The position numbers were made by a program, and so were the translations under genes. From Candidatus Oxydemutatoraceae bacterium (lineage in GTDB: Bacteria > Pseudomonadota > Gammaproteobacteria > Poriferisulfidales > Oxydemutatoraceae), in the NCBI GenBank assembly GCA_965218975.1, contig OZ244717.1, forward strand, positions 1,568,001-1,632,000: a DNA stretch of 64,000 bases. The letters run 5' to 3'. How positions within the stretch are numbered: the stretch's first letter is position 1; the number at the start of each line of letters is the position of its first letter. Shown in pieces: positions 1 through 10,537 of this stretch. Below the pieces are notes generated by a model. That model saw only the letters and a list, made by a program, of their open reading frames with translations, did not search any database and was not told the DNA's origin.

Positions 1-459
1 GACGTCATAAATATTATCCCGCCCCAAAAAGCCGGACACATCGCCCACGTTGCCGGTGTAACCGATGAATCGGGGTGGTGTCCGGTACATTTGGATACAT
101 TTGAATCTACCAAACATGCGGGGATTCATATTATCGGCGATGCCAGCATCGCGACAGGTTTGCCTAAGTCCGGTTACGCCGCAAACTCAGAAGCAAAAGT
201 CTGCGCCGCAGCGGTTGTTGCTTTAATGGCGGGGAACAAACCCGGAATACCTTCTTATGTCAACACATGTTATAGCATTGCGGCACCGAATTACGGAATA
301 TCCGTCGCCGCAGTTTATCGTTTGTCAGATGATAAAAGCTCGATCAAGAAAATTTCGGGAGGATTGTCACCCGCAGATGCTTCCGATGAAATTAAGGCGC
401 GAGAAGCGCAATATGCTTACAGTTGGTTTGAAAATATCACTCAAGATATGTTTGCATAA
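1..459 (+). CDS. fccB: Flavocytochrome c sulfide dehydrogenase flavoprotein subunit (FccB/SoxF family), C-terminal part, 5'-truncated by the window
   Basis: Frame open from base 1 ([12 protein letters not shown]...GWCPV...IHIIGDA...PKSGYAANS...NTCYS...W), typical FccB C-terminal motifs. Confidence 0.85.
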   Translation, partial: DVINIIPPQKAGHIAHVAGVTDESGWCPVHLDTFESTKHAGIHIIGDASIATGLPKSGYAANSEAKVCAAAVVALMAGNKPGIPSYVNTCYSIAAPNYGISVAAVYRLSDDKSSIKKISGGLSPADASDEIKAREAQYAYSWFENITQDMFA

Positions 460-723
460 AATTAGCGGCAGACAAACATATCCTTCTTCAGTTGCAAACT
501 TGGGGTATGGAAATTCTTGATGCTCTATAAACCACCATTAAAATTCGCTATGCTGATACGCTACATAAAATCATTAATTAAACGGTGGGTAAATAAATTT
601 ATTGCCCGAATGACACGGATGTAACAAATTGATTCGCCGCCAGATTAATTCAATTGGCGAAATGGCCTTTAAACAACCCACTATATTGCCTGAATAGAGA
701 ATACTACTACGGCGATTATTGCT

Positions 724-3700
724 TTGTTGCTGCGACAAAAATTACCTATACCTAGCCACACCAACTCGTCGGTTTACTGGGACCGCTTATATGGCTGCGC
801 TCAAGCGGATGCTGTCATACGCTCAATCGAAAATAATTTCGCTTTGCTTATCGTTGAAAATATATCGGAAGCATTGCGCTGGGAAAGCGAATTACGCTTC
901 TTCGCTGACAGCCGCTTACCTATTCATTTATTTCAAGATTGGGAAACACTCCCCTATGACATTTTTTCTCCCCACCAAAGCATCACTGCCACGAGGCTTA
1001 GCATCCTATCGCAAATACAAAAACATCCGTATGGGATCATTATCATCGCCGCCGATACTTTAATGCAAAGACTGCCGCCGGTTGATTTTGTATTGTCACG
1101 TAGTTTTTCGCTCACAACCGGGGAAGAATTTGATCTTGGCAAATTTCGCCGTTATCTCGATGCTAGCGGTTACCAAGCGGTGTCACAAGTTGTGGGACAT
1201 GGCGAATATACGGTACGCGGTTCAATTTTTGACATCTTTGCTCCGGGCAGTACGGAAGCGATTCGTATTGATTTACTAGATAACACAATCGATAGTCTGC
1301 GTTGGTTTGATCCTGAAACGCAGATAAGCACAAACACCGTTGATTCCATAGCTATTTTACCCGCGCGCGAATTCCCAACCGATGAAGAGAGTATTAAGCG
1401 ATTTCGTCGGCGGTTTCGCGAATTAATAGACAGCGCTCCGGAAGAATCTCTTATCTATCGCGATGCAAGCATAGGAAATTCACCCGCGGGCATTGAATAT
1501 TATTTTCCACTCTTCTTCAAGAACACTGCAAGCTTTTTTGATTATTTACCTGATTCCGCCACTTTATTCATGTCCGATAGCATCGTAGATTGTTATATAA
1601 AACATTGGCGCAACATTCAACAACGTTACACCCAAACTCGGTCGAATGTCGAATACCCGCCACTGGACCCTGATTTTCTATTTTTAAATCCTAACGAATT
1701 GCAAAAACTCAAAACAAAGTTCCCTCAGGTAGTAATCAGTAGCTTCAAAAATACTCAAGAACAAGCGTACCACGGCAATACCCACCTGTTACCAGCGTTA
1801 TTTTTACAAAAAGGCGTAGAAAATCCTGCGGCAAATCTGAAAAAACTGCTTAAGCAAGTTCATGGGCGCGCTTTGATTGTCGCAGAGACTGCCGGTTATC
1901 GTGAACAGATAATCGAAACATTAACAAAACAAAACATTTATCTCAAAGTTATCAATGATTGGCAAAGTTTCTTACAGGTACAGTCGGGTCCTTGTATTTG
2001 CATTGGCGAGCTACATACCGGCGCGTTGTTTGAAAAAGAAAATTTTGCAGTGATCTCCGATCATCAAATCCTCGACCGAAATATTAAGCGCAAACATCGG
2101 CGTCATAAGCGGACCAACTCGGCATTGCTATTTGAAAATTTAACCGAACTGGGAATAGATTGCCCGATCGTCCACGAAAAGTATGGCGTCGGACGTTATC
2201 GCGGTCTCGAAACATTGAATTTCGGAGGCAGTCCCGCTGAATTTCTCGTTTTAGAGTATGCAGATAAAGAGAAACTATATGTTCCGATTAGCTCCCTCAA
2301 TCTAATCACACGCTATACCGGAGGTAGTCCCGATACCGCTCCGCTACATGCTTTGAGCGGCAAGCAATGGCATAAAACCAAGCGTAAAGCGGCACAAAAA
2401 GCATTTGATACTGCCGTCGAATTATTGGATGCGCAAACCCGCCGCACAAAGGCACAAGGGTTTCAGCACAAAATCAACACTCAAGACTACCTAAAATTTA
2501 CCGAAGAATTTCCTTTTGAAGAAACACCGGATCAAATTAAAGTCATTGCGGAAATTTTAGACGATATGTGTAGCAGCATACCGATGGATCGTATCGTTTG
2601 CGGTGATGTAGGTTTTGGGAAAACGGAAATTGCTATGCGTGCCGCTTTTACCGCCGCGCAAAATAACCGTCAAACGGTGGTTTTAGTCCCGACAACATTA
2701 CTCGCTAATCAGCATTTTCAAAATTTCCGTGCCAGATTTGCCGATTGGGCAATACAAGTAGAAATACTTTCACGCTTTCTATCCCCGTCCGAGCAAAAGA
2801 AAGTGCGAGAAAAAATCAAAAATGGTGTTGCCGATATTGTCATCGGAACGCACAAGTTACTGTACCGCAACGTTGAATTCAAACGACCGGGATTAATTAT
2901 TATTGATGAGGAACACCGCTTTGGCGTGCGCCATAAGGAGTTGCTGAAATCACGCTATGTTAATTGCGATATCTTGACTCTATCCGCCACCCCCATCCCA
3001 CGCACATTGAATATGTCTCTCAGTGGTTTACGCGACTTATCCATCATCGCAACTCCGCCGCTAGGCAGGCTAGCGATTAAAACATTCGTTCATGAATGGA
3101 ATAATGAATTAATTAAAGAATCATGCCAGCGTGAACTCAAACGTGGCGGTCAAGTTTATTTTTTACACAATAATATTAGCACCATGGATGGTATCGTGAA
3201 AAAACTACACAGACTGCTGCCTCGAAGTAAAATTCTATCGGCGCACGGGAAGATGCCTGAACGTGAATTGGAGAGCGTTATGCTGGATTTCTATCGCAGG
3301 CGAATTAATATCTTAGTGTGTACAACGATCATCGAAAGCGGTTTGGACATTCCAACGGCCAACAGCATTATCATTAATGAGGCCGATCGGCTTGGTTTAT
3401 CGCAATTGCATCAACTGCGCGGAAGAGTCGGACGATCGCATCATCGTGCCTATGCTTATCTGCTACTCAGTAATTCCCGGGTTTATCTTCCGCATGACGC
3501 CGTTAAAAGACTCGAGGCAATCGAATCGCTTGAAGAGTTAGGTGCCGGCTTCGCGATTGCTTCGCAAGACTTAGAGATTCGCGGCGCGGGAGAATTGCTC
3601 GGGGACGGGCAAAGCGGGCACATCCGAGAAGTTGGCTTTACTCTGTACAACGAAATGCTTAAGCATGCGATAAATGCGCTACAGTCGGGGACCATGCCGA

Positions 3701-4170
3701 ACATGGACCGACCGCTCAACACCATCACTGAAGTTAACTTGGGCGAGCCTGCAATTATTCCTCAAGATTACGTACCTGACGTAAATATTCGATTGATTTT
3801 ATATCGCCGTATCGCGGCAGCCAAAGACATTAATCAGCTTGATGAACTACAGCGGGAAATTGTAGATCGATTTGGGAAATTACCGTCCTACTTAAAAAAT
3901 TTATTCACCAATGCGTCTTTGCGACTCGATTGCTTCTCCGTAGGAATTCAAAAGATCGCGGCAGGTTGTGAGAATATCCGTTTGGAGTTTGACCAAAATC
4001 CCAACATCAATTTCACACACCTAATGAACATTATTCAAGAAAGTCCCGAAACGTACCGTCTTGATAGAAACGGCCGATTGTCCATACGGCAAAAGCTTCC
4101 GGAAATGAAAGACCGTTTGGATGCCGTGCAAAATTTGCTTAATGAAATCACTTATATTAAAGCGGCATGA
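724..4170 (+). CDS. mfd: Transcription-repair coupling factor
   Basis: 1148 aa; DWETLPYD, CGDVGFGKTE, DEEHRFGV, SATPIPRTL, QLRGRVGRS, TRCF C-terminal domain. Confidence 0.98.
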   Translation: MLLRQKLPIPSHTNSSVYWDRLYGCAQADAVIRSIENNFALLIVENISEALRWESELRFFADSRLPIHLFQDWETLPYDIFSPHQSITATRLSILSQIQKHPYGIIIIAADTLMQRLPPVDFVLSRSFSLTTGEEFDLGKFRRYLDASGYQAVSQVVGHGEYTVRGSIFDIFAPGSTEAIRIDLLDNTIDSLRWFDPETQISTNTVDSIAILPAREFPTDEESIKRFRRRFRELIDSAPEESLIYRDASIGNSPAGIEYYFPLFFKNTASFFDYLPDSATLFMSDSIVDCYIKHWRNIQQRYTQTRSNVEYPPLDPDFLFLNPNELQKLKTKFPQVVISSFKNTQEQAYHGNTHLLPALFLQKGVENPAANLKKLLKQVHGRALIVAETAGYREQIIETLTKQNIYLKVINDWQSFLQVQSGPCICIGELHTGALFEKENFAVISDHQILDRNIKRKHRRHKRTNSALLFENLTELGIDCPIVHEKYGVGRYRGLETLNFGGSPAEFLVLEYADKEKLYVPISSLNLITRYTGGSPDTAPLHALSGKQWHKTKRKAAQKAFDTAVELLDAQTRRTKAQGFQHKINTQDYLKFTEEFPFEETPDQIKVIAEILDDMCSSIPMDRIVCGDVGFGKTEIAMRAAFTAAQNNRQTVVLVPTTLLANQHFQNFRARFADWAIQVEILSRFLSPSEQKKVREKIKNGVADIVIGTHKLLYRNVEFKRPGLIIIDEEHRFGVRHKELLKSRYVNCDILTLSATPIPRTLNMSLSGLRDLSIIATPPLGRLAIKTFVHEWNNELIKESCQRELKRGGQVYFLHNNISTMDGIVKKLHRLLPRSKILSAHGKMPERELESVMLDFYRRRINILVCTTIIESGLDIPTANSIIINEADRLGLSQLHQLRGRVGRSHHRAYAYLLLSNSRVYLPHDAVKRLEAIESLEELGAGFAIASQDLEIRGAGELLGDGQSGHIREVGFTLYNEMLKHAINALQSGTMPNMDRPLNTITEVNLGEPAIIPQDYVPDVNIRLILYRRIAAAKDINQLDELQREIVDRFGKLPSYLKNLFTNASLRLDCFSVGIQKIAAGCENIRLEFDQNPNINFTHLMNIIQESPETYRLDRNGRLSIRQKLPEMKDRLDAVQNLLNEITYIKAA

Positions 4171-4877
4171 AGCGAACAAATATAAAAAATAATTTAGTAT
4201 TATTCTCAATAATACTAGTCCTATCATTGTCGCCTTTATCCGTTAAGGCGCAGCAAAAAGAAAAATACGCGCATATTGAGCTGTTATTTTTTCAACCCAC
4301 CGAAATTGGCAAAGATGTTCTATACCGCTTGTCTGAAATGACGTCAGAAGCTCAGAGCACTCCTGCTTCGGCATTTAATCTGTTTAACACGGCCAAAGCG
4401 CCGGATAATCCCGTAGCACGTTTAAGCCGCAATTATCAGATGCTCGAAGAATATCAACGACTTAACAAGTCGGCGGCTTACAACGTGCTATACCATATCG
4501 CTTGGGTACAATCGCGCTATCCAATCGGACAAGAGATTCCAATTAAATTGCTGCCGCAACGTATCGGCAACTTCATCAATGCAACCGCATATTTAGCCTA
4601 CCACAACTTATATAAATTGAAACTGCTTGTTTCGTATGACGTGTCGATGAATCAGGAAGAAATAAATATCCCGGAAATACACCTGTTGCCGATTCGATTT
4701 GAAAAAGTAATGACTGATGACAAAATTTATCATCTTGATCATGCACTGTTCGGATTACTCGCAAAAATCACCGAATTCGACGTGAAGAAATTAAAAATGG
4801 ATGCCCAAATGACGACGAGTCCTCTTACTCAATCTGAGGGGCAGCTGAAAGAACAGAGCAAGATTCAATTAAATTGA
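4167..4877 (+). CDS. Secreted CsiV-like (peptidoglycan-binding) protein
   Basis: Signal peptide; YNVLYHIAWVQ and YHLDHALFGLL resemble CsiV motifs; lies directly after mfd as csiV often does. Confidence 0.6.
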   Translation: MKRTNIKNNLVLFSIILVLSLSPLSVKAQQKEKYAHIELLFFQPTEIGKDVLYRLSEMTSEAQSTPASAFNLFNTAKAPDNPVARLSRNYQMLEEYQRLNKSAAYNVLYHIAWVQSRYPIGQEIPIKLLPQRIGNFINATAYLAYHNLYKLKLLVSYDVSMNQEEINIPEIHLLPIRFEKVMTDDKIYHLDHALFGLLAKITEFDVKKLKMDAQMTTSPLTQSEGQLKEQSKIQLN

Positions 4878-6258
4878 TCATACGATGAAGACGTTCAAGA
4901 CTGCCGGTGTACCCGATCAGCCAAATCGTCGTTATTAGATCGGGGCTTGATGCGCCTCCGGTCAGAGCAAAGCGCACAACCGGGCCTAATTGTTTTAATG
5001 AAATTTTACAATCGCTTAATGCTCGGTCTAAAGCGATTCGAACCGTCTCTTTTGTCCAACCCGGCTCCATGCTCAACTGTCGGTGCAAAGATTTAAGCCA
5101 AGCTTTCTTTTCGGAAGTGAGAGTCTTGACCGAATCCTCGGAAAATTCCGGCATTTCATAAATAAATCCGGCATTTGCTGCCATTTCATGTAAATTATTA
5201 TGCCGCGTACACAGTATCTCAAACGCATTTTTAGTTAATTGCACCTCCTCTGCTATGTAGCCCGCTTGCTTAAGGTGCCGTGTAAACAACGCAATCATTG
5301 ACGCCGGTGCCGCTGCCTGCAAATAATGTCTATTCAACCAATCAAGTTTTTCCGGATTAAGCGAAGCGGGATTTTTTCCAATATGCCGGAAATCAAAATA
5401 GGCGATCATCTCATCGCGGCTAAAAATTTCCTGATCGCCATGCCCCCAACCCAAGCGTACCAAATAATTGCATAACGCCTCGGGCAGGTACCCCTGGTCA
5501 CGGTAATTGATAACCGATACCGCACCTTCTCGTTTCGACAGCCGTTTCCCACTGGCATCCAAAATCATTGGCACATGGGCATACTCCGGTTTCGGAACGG
5601 TGTCGTCAATCGCCCTCCACAAATGAATTTGCCGCGGAGTGTTACTTATATGATCGTCTCCGCGAATAATATGAGTGATGTGCATATCCATATCGTCAAT
5701 GACGACCGAGAAGTGGTAAGTAGGAACTCCATCGGAACGCAACAACACTAAATCATCCAACTCATTATTTTCTACAGTTATTTCACCGTGAATTTGGTCG
5801 GTAAAAGATACGCTGCCTTCTATCGGCGTCTTAAAGCGTAATGTAGGCGTTGTATTGGTATGCGATTTCTTTCGCGTACGGCAGCGCCTATTATAATGCG
5901 GCTTTTCACCGCGCCGAATTTGCTCGTCACGCAACGCTGCCAATTCCGCCTTAGTGCAATAACAGTGGTACGCATGTCCTTGTCGCAGCAGCTGATCGGC
6001 GATTTCATGATATCGCTCCAAACGTTCACTTTGAAAAAAAGGCCCTTCGTCATAATCAATCCCTAGCCATTCAAGAGCTTCTCGAATTGCTTGCACCGAA
6101 ACCTGCGTGGAACGTTGCCTATCGGTATCTTCGATCCGCAGTATAAACTTTCCCCCGTGGTGTCTTGAATAAAGCCATGAAAACAGCGCCGTGCGAGCGC
6201 TGCCGATATGCAAGAACCCGGTCGGACTCGGTGCAAAGCGAGTACGCACTACAGCCAT
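4825..6258 (-). CDS. gltX: Glutamate--tRNA ligase
   Basis: RTRFAPSPTGFLHIG (HIGH motif), RLSKR (KMSKS equivalent); start placed at MAVVRTRF. Confidence 0.97.
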   Translation of the reverse strand: MAVVRTRFAPSPTGFLHIGSARTALFSWLYSRHHGGKFILRIEDTDRQRSTQVSVQAIREALEWLGIDYDEGPFFQSERLERYHEIADQLLRQGHAYHCYCTKAELAALRDEQIRRGEKPHYNRRCRTRKKSHTNTTPTLRFKTPIEGSVSFTDQIHGEITVENNELDDLVLLRSDGVPTYHFSVVIDDMDMHITHIIRGDDHISNTPRQIHLWRAIDDTVPKPEYAHVPMILDASGKRLSKREGAVSVINYRDQGYLPEALCNYLVRLGWGHGDQEIFSRDEMIAYFDFRHIGKNPASLNPEKLDWLNRHYLQAAAPASMIALFTRHLKQAGYIAEEVQLTKNAFEILCTRHNNLHEMAANAGFIYEMPEFSEDSVKTLTSEKKAWLKSLHRQLSMEPGWTKETVRIALDRALSDCKISLKQLGPVVRFALTGGASSPDLITTIWLIGYTGSLERLHRMINLIESCSVLSAAPQIE

Positions 6259-6282
6259 CGGTCTACCGCAAAGCAATGAAAT

Positions 6283-6777
6283 TCAAGCAACATCCGCTAA
6301 AAATCCGCTCATAGATAATAACTGCACCCCTATAAAAGTAACGGCACCCGCAACCATATCATCAAGCATGATGCCCAATCCGCCATGGACATGCCGATCA
6401 AATAAACGAATCGGCCAAGGTTTTATCATGTCTAAGAAACGAAACAATACAAAAGCAATCACTAACCAAACCCATCCTGCCGGCAACGCAGTGAGGCCTA
6501 ATAACATTCCCACAACCTCATCAATTACGATAGCGTTCGGGTCCTGCCTTCCGAGTAGTCGCTCGGATCGTTTCGCTGCAAAGATTCCAATCACTGCAAT
6601 TGCCGCTACAATAAGCAAGTACGATAAAACCGATAGACCGCTAAGTAACAAATAAAACGGTATGGCCAATAACGTGCCGAATGTGCCGGGAATTTTCGGT
6701 ATCAATCCGACGCCGAATCCCAACGCGACAAAATGCGCCGGACTAGAAAATAGTGTCTTTAGGTTTAATGCTTGCAT
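6283..6777 (-). CDS. pgpA: Phosphatidylglycerophosphatase A
   Basis: PGTFGTL, DPNAIVIDEVVG, FRFLDMIKPWPI, GGLGIMLDD; follows thiL. Confidence 0.96.
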   Translation of the reverse strand: MQALNLKTLFSSPAHFVALGFGVGLIPKIPGTFGTLLAIPFYLLLSGLSVLSYLLIVAAIAVIGIFAAKRSERLLGRQDPNAIVIDEVVGMLLGLTALPAGWVWLVIAFVLFRFLDMIKPWPIRLFDRHVHGGLGIMLDDMVAGAVTFIGVQLLSMSGFLADVA

Positions 6778-6922
6778 GATGATTTACGGTATAAAGATAT
6801 GAAGAATCCATCCTGAATCAAGTTTTACGATATAGTTTTCTTGTACGGATAATCAATGCTATATTCAGGTTATGTTTATAAAAGCAAAAATTCATAAAGC
6901 TGACACCGCACACCGTGCACCG

Positions 6923-7891
6923 TTATTTTATTTGTGCGCCAAAGTGATCAAATCCGAGCACTTCCGGCAGTGGCATGGTTTGGCCATGCCGCCGACAATG
7001 CAAACCTAGCTCATTGCAGATATGCCCGACGCGAGTGACCGGAGTTAAAATTCCTTCCTGCCGCAAAGCGATACGTAGATTTGTTTCCGCAGACGGCGGC
7101 ATTGTAAACAAGAGTTCGTAATCGTCCCCCGCCGTGAACGGCAATAGCCAATCCTTTTCCGGCAATAACGGCATTACCGCCGGATGGACCGGCACTGTAT
7201 CAAGATTAAGCTCGGCACCGACCCTGCTTGCTTTTGTTAAGCGTGACAAATCTAATAATACCCCATCGGAAATATCAACTGCCGCCGTCGCGTACATAGC
7301 AATGGTACATCCTTCGTTGATTCTTGGTTCGGGTTTTAATAAACGCTCGCGACAAGGTTTTGCCGCCGGCATGTTCTTTTCTACCAGCTCCGCACAATGC
7401 CAGGCGATTCCGGAACCGCCGACATCACCGGTAATGTAGATTGCATCGCCCGTTTGAGCGCCTGATCTTAGCAAAGGCTTCGTATCGTTATTTAGTCTCC
7501 CGGTAACTTGCACAGTAATCACTAAAGGACCACGTACCAAATCTCCCCCGATTAACGATACATTCCAGTATTTTGCCAGACCCAAAAAGCCTTCGATGAA
7601 ACCGCCAATCCAGGATTCACCAATTTCCGGCGGCAAACTTAGCGAGAGCATTGCCCAACACGGTACACATCCCATCGCTGCCAAATCACTGAGATTAACC
7701 GCCAATGACTTATATCCGACATCAGCAGGATTATCGGTTTTTCTAAAATGCCGTTCAACAACTAACGAATCCAATGACATTACAAAACGCCCTTGTGCGT
7801 CAAGCAATGCGGCATCATCTCCGATTCCCAGCAACACATCCGTACGCGAATCAGTTTTTAAGTATTTCTCTATTAGATCCGTTTCAGTCAT
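6923..7891 (-). CDS. thiL: Thiamine-monophosphate kinase
   Basis: GIGDDAA, NLSDLAAMG, DISDG, GDDYELLFT. Confidence 0.96.
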   Translation of the reverse strand: MTETDLIEKYLKTDSRTDVLLGIGDDAALLDAQGRFVMSLDSLVVERHFRKTDNPADVGYKSLAVNLSDLAAMGCVPCWAMLSLSLPPEIGESWIGGFIEGFLGLAKYWNVSLIGGDLVRGPLVITVQVTGRLNNDTKPLLRSGAQTGDAIYITGDVGGSGIAWHCAELVEKNMPAAKPCRERLLKPEPRINEGCTIAMYATAAVDISDGVLLDLSRLTKASRVGAELNLDTVPVHPAVMPLLPEKDWLLPFTAGDDYELLFTMPPSAETNLRIALRQEGILTPVTRVGHICNELGLHCRRHGQTMPLPEVLGFDHFGAQIK

Positions 7892-8307
7892 GCAAGCTCT
7901 TTTACACGGTCTAAGACACCATTAACAAATCGATAACCTTCTTCTGCTCCAAATTTCTTTGTGAGCCCCACTGCTTCTGAAATTACTACGGCGCTATCAG
8001 TTTCTTTGAAAAACAGCATCTCATAAATCGCACTACGGATAATGACCTGCTCAATCGGATCAACCACGGCGAGCGGATAACCGATTACTCGACTGGCAAT
8101 TTGTTCAATTTCTTTCCGATGCTCCATACAACCTTTGATCAAATACTTAAAGTGTTCGGCGTCGGCATTCTTAAAATATTCTCCATTGCGAAACTCGTCG
8201 GCAATTATGGAAATGTCTTCACCGGTTAAGCACCAGCGATATAATGATTGCATGACCAACTTGCGCGATACGCTCCGCTTACGAATAAAATCGTAATGTT
8301 TATTCAC
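7888..8307 (-). CDS. nusB: Transcription antitermination factor NusB
   Basis: SRKLVMQSLY, VVISEAV..KKFG..FVNGVLD; ribH-nusB-thiL order. Confidence 0.95.
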   Translation of the reverse strand: MNKHYDFIRKRSVSRKLVMQSLYRWCLTGEDISIIADEFRNGEYFKNADAEHFKYLIKGCMEHRKEIEQIASRVIGYPLAVVDPIEQVIIRSAIYEMLFFKETDSAVVISEAVGLTKKFGAEEGYRFVNGVLDRVKELA

Positions 8308-8764
8308 TTAACTGACGCATTAAGTTGGCCATTTCCAATGCTGCGTTTGCCGCTTCTTCACCGCGGTTGATTTTACCGCCGCAACGTGCTTCCGCATCAA
8401 CATCATCATGAACTCCGAGAACCGCTTGTGTAATCGGAATGCGGGTGCGCAACGACACTTGCATCAATTGATGGCTGCAATTGCGCACGACACTATCGAA
8501 ATGTGCTGTTTCGCCGCGTATCACACAGCCTAATGCGACGATTGCATTGCATGGATGGGTTTCTAAGACTTGTTGCGCCACCAGCGGTATTTCCAAAGCC
8601 CCGGGCACTCGGATCACTCGAATGTCGCTTTCTTCCACCCCGGCGTCGGACAATACCTGCAATGCTCCATCCAATAAACGATTAACATGACGATCGTTAA
8701 AACGCGATGCGATAATGCAAAGAGACAGCCCTTTACCGTAATGATTGCCTTCAAAGATTTGCAT
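8300..8764 (-). CDS. ribH: 6,7-dimethyl-8-ribityllumazine synthase
   Basis: SRFN, VPGALEIP, LGCVIRGETAHF. Confidence 0.96.
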   Translation of the reverse strand: MQIFEGNHYGKGLSLCIIASRFNDRHVNRLLDGALQVLSDAGVEESDIRVIRVPGALEIPLVAQQVLETHPCNAIVALGCVIRGETAHFDSVVRNCSHQLMQVSLRTRIPITQAVLGVHDDVDAEARCGGKINRGEEAANAALEMANLMRQLSE

Positions 8765-8780
8765 AGCGAATTACAATCTA

Positions 8781-9869
8781 CTATGCCGGCTTACGAATAT
8801 ATTCTTCTATTGAAAGACCAAAACCACCCAAGCCATGAAATGATTTTTGTGAACTCATCACCCGCATTTTACCAACCCCTAAATCACGGAGAATTTGTCC
8901 TCCGACACCGACTTGCCAACAATCATAGGATAAAGATTTTTCCGCGCCGCCACCCAATGATTCCACTTGCCGACTTAAATGTTCCGGCAAGTGTAATAAT
9001 ACCAACACCCCTTCATTGACAGAGTCAATATATTTTAATGCGTCAGACAATCTCCAACTGCAATTTTCATTGTGTAAGCCTAATACGTCAGATAAACTAT
9101 TTTCGATATGCACCCTTACCAATGTCGGATGTTGCGAATTTGGCTCGCCGCGCACCAGTGCGATATGTTGCGTTTTATTAACCGTATCGTTATAAACATA
9201 TAAAACAAAATCCCCATAGTCCGTTTTTACCGGCATTTTACGGCTACGATGGATAGTTTTTTCGTCGCGAATGCGATAGCGAATTAAATCCTCGACCGTG
9301 CCAATTTTTAAATGGTGGGTCTGAGAGAATTTACCGATATCTCTGCGCCGTGCCACCGTACCGTCATCATTTAAAATTTCCACAATCACCGCCGCCGGCT
9401 CAAATCGCGCCAACCTTGCCAAATCACAGCCCGTTTCGGTATGTCCGGCGCGAGTCAAAACCCCCCCGGACTGTGCCATTAACGGAAAAATATGCCCGGG
9501 ACGGATGATATCGCTAGGTTTGGCCGACAGCGCAATAGTTTGAAGAATAGTATGTGATCGATCCTGCGCTGAAATACCGGTCGTGATTCCCGAACTTGCA
9601 TCGATTGATACGGTAAAATTCGTTGCGAATCGCGTATCGGTAGTACTCACCATCAATGGTAAATTCAGCTGTTTGCAACGTTCACGCGATAGCGCCAAGC
9701 AAATTAGACCGCGACCATACTTGCTCATAAAATTAATCGCTTGCGGAGTTACACATTCGGCAGCAAGCAACAAGTCACATTCGTTTTCGCGATCTTCATC
9801 ATCGGCGATGATAACCATTTTACCTGCCCGGACATCCGCGATAATTTCAGAGATGGGAGAAATATCCAT
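8781..9869 (-). CDS. ribB: 3,4-dihydroxy-2-butanone-4-phosphate synthase fused to a degenerate GTP cyclohydrolase II-like domain (RibBX type)
   Basis: DDEDRENE, RPGHIFPL, RAGHTE; the C-terminal domain has RVHIENSLSDVLG and lacks the Zn-binding cysteines of active GCH II. Confidence 0.92.
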   Translation of the reverse strand: MDISPISEIIADVRAGKMVIIADDEDRENECDLLLAAECVTPQAINFMSKYGRGLICLALSRERCKQLNLPLMVSTTDTRFATNFTVSIDASSGITTGISAQDRSHTILQTIALSAKPSDIIRPGHIFPLMAQSGGVLTRAGHTETGCDLARLARFEPAAVIVEILNDDGTVARRRDIGKFSQTHHLKIGTVEDLIRYRIRDEKTIHRSRKMPVKTDYGDFVLYVYNDTVNKTQHIALVRGEPNSQHPTLVRVHIENSLSDVLGLHNENCSWRLSDALKYIDSVNEGVLVLLHLPEHLSRQVESLGGGAEKSLSYDCWQVGVGGQILRDLGVGKMRVMSSQKSFHGLGGFGLSIEEYIRKPA

Positions 9870-9877
9870 AATGTTTG

Positions 9878-10468
9878 CTAATCAACCAATTGTCGTGCAA
9901 GATAACGAGCGATCAAATCCGCTTCGAGATTCACAGCCCTGCCTTTTTTATACGATGAAAGTATAGTATTTTCAAGTGTATAAGGAATTATATTCACCTG
10001 AAATATTGTTTTATGAATCGCATTAACAGTCAAGCTGACACCATCGACGCTAATAGAACCTTTCACCGCAATAAGCGGTATAATCGTTTCCGGCGCTTCA
10101 ATTTCAACTCGCATGCTTCCCCCTTCTTGGACACATGAAAAAACCGTACCAACGCCATCAATATGACCACTAACAAAATGTCCGTTGATCATGTCGCCGA
10201 CCCGCAAAGCATGTTCCAAATTTACCGAATCTCCTTCATTGAGCATCCCAAGTGTCGTGCAACGCAAAGTCTCAGCCGAGACGTCCAAAACAAATGTTTT
10301 ATTACGACACTCTTTGACAGTCAAGCATGCGCCGTTAACAGCAACACTGTCGCCGCGCATTAACTCAACGACAAATTGCTTTGAAGCATTAAAATGTATA
10401 CAACAATCTCGCATTTGTCGTTTGTATTGCGAAATGTTTCCGACGGTCTGAATAATTCCGTTGAACAT
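9878..10468 (-). CDS. ribE: Riboflavin synthase (alpha chain)
   Basis: MFNGII, GDSVAVNGACLTV, GHFVSGHIDG, KGSISVDGVSLTVN. Confidence 0.96.
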   Translation of the reverse strand: MFNGIIQTVGNISQYKRQMRDCCIHFNASKQFVVELMRGDSVAVNGACLTVKECRNKTFVLDVSAETLRCTTLGMLNEGDSVNLEHALRVGDMINGHFVSGHIDGVGTVFSCVQEGGSMRVEIEAPETIIPLIAVKGSISVDGVSLTVNAIHKTIFQVNIIPYTLENTILSSYKKGRAVNLEADLIARYLARQLVD

Positions 10469-10537
10469 TCGGTATCACATCATTAGCACACAGGCGGTTA
10501 TATATACTGCAAAATTTATGGAAAAACATCAATAATG

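Noticed and set aside
8781-9869. Degenerate GTP cyclohydrolase II domain as a novelty
   Set aside because: RibBX-type fusions are well known in proteobacteria
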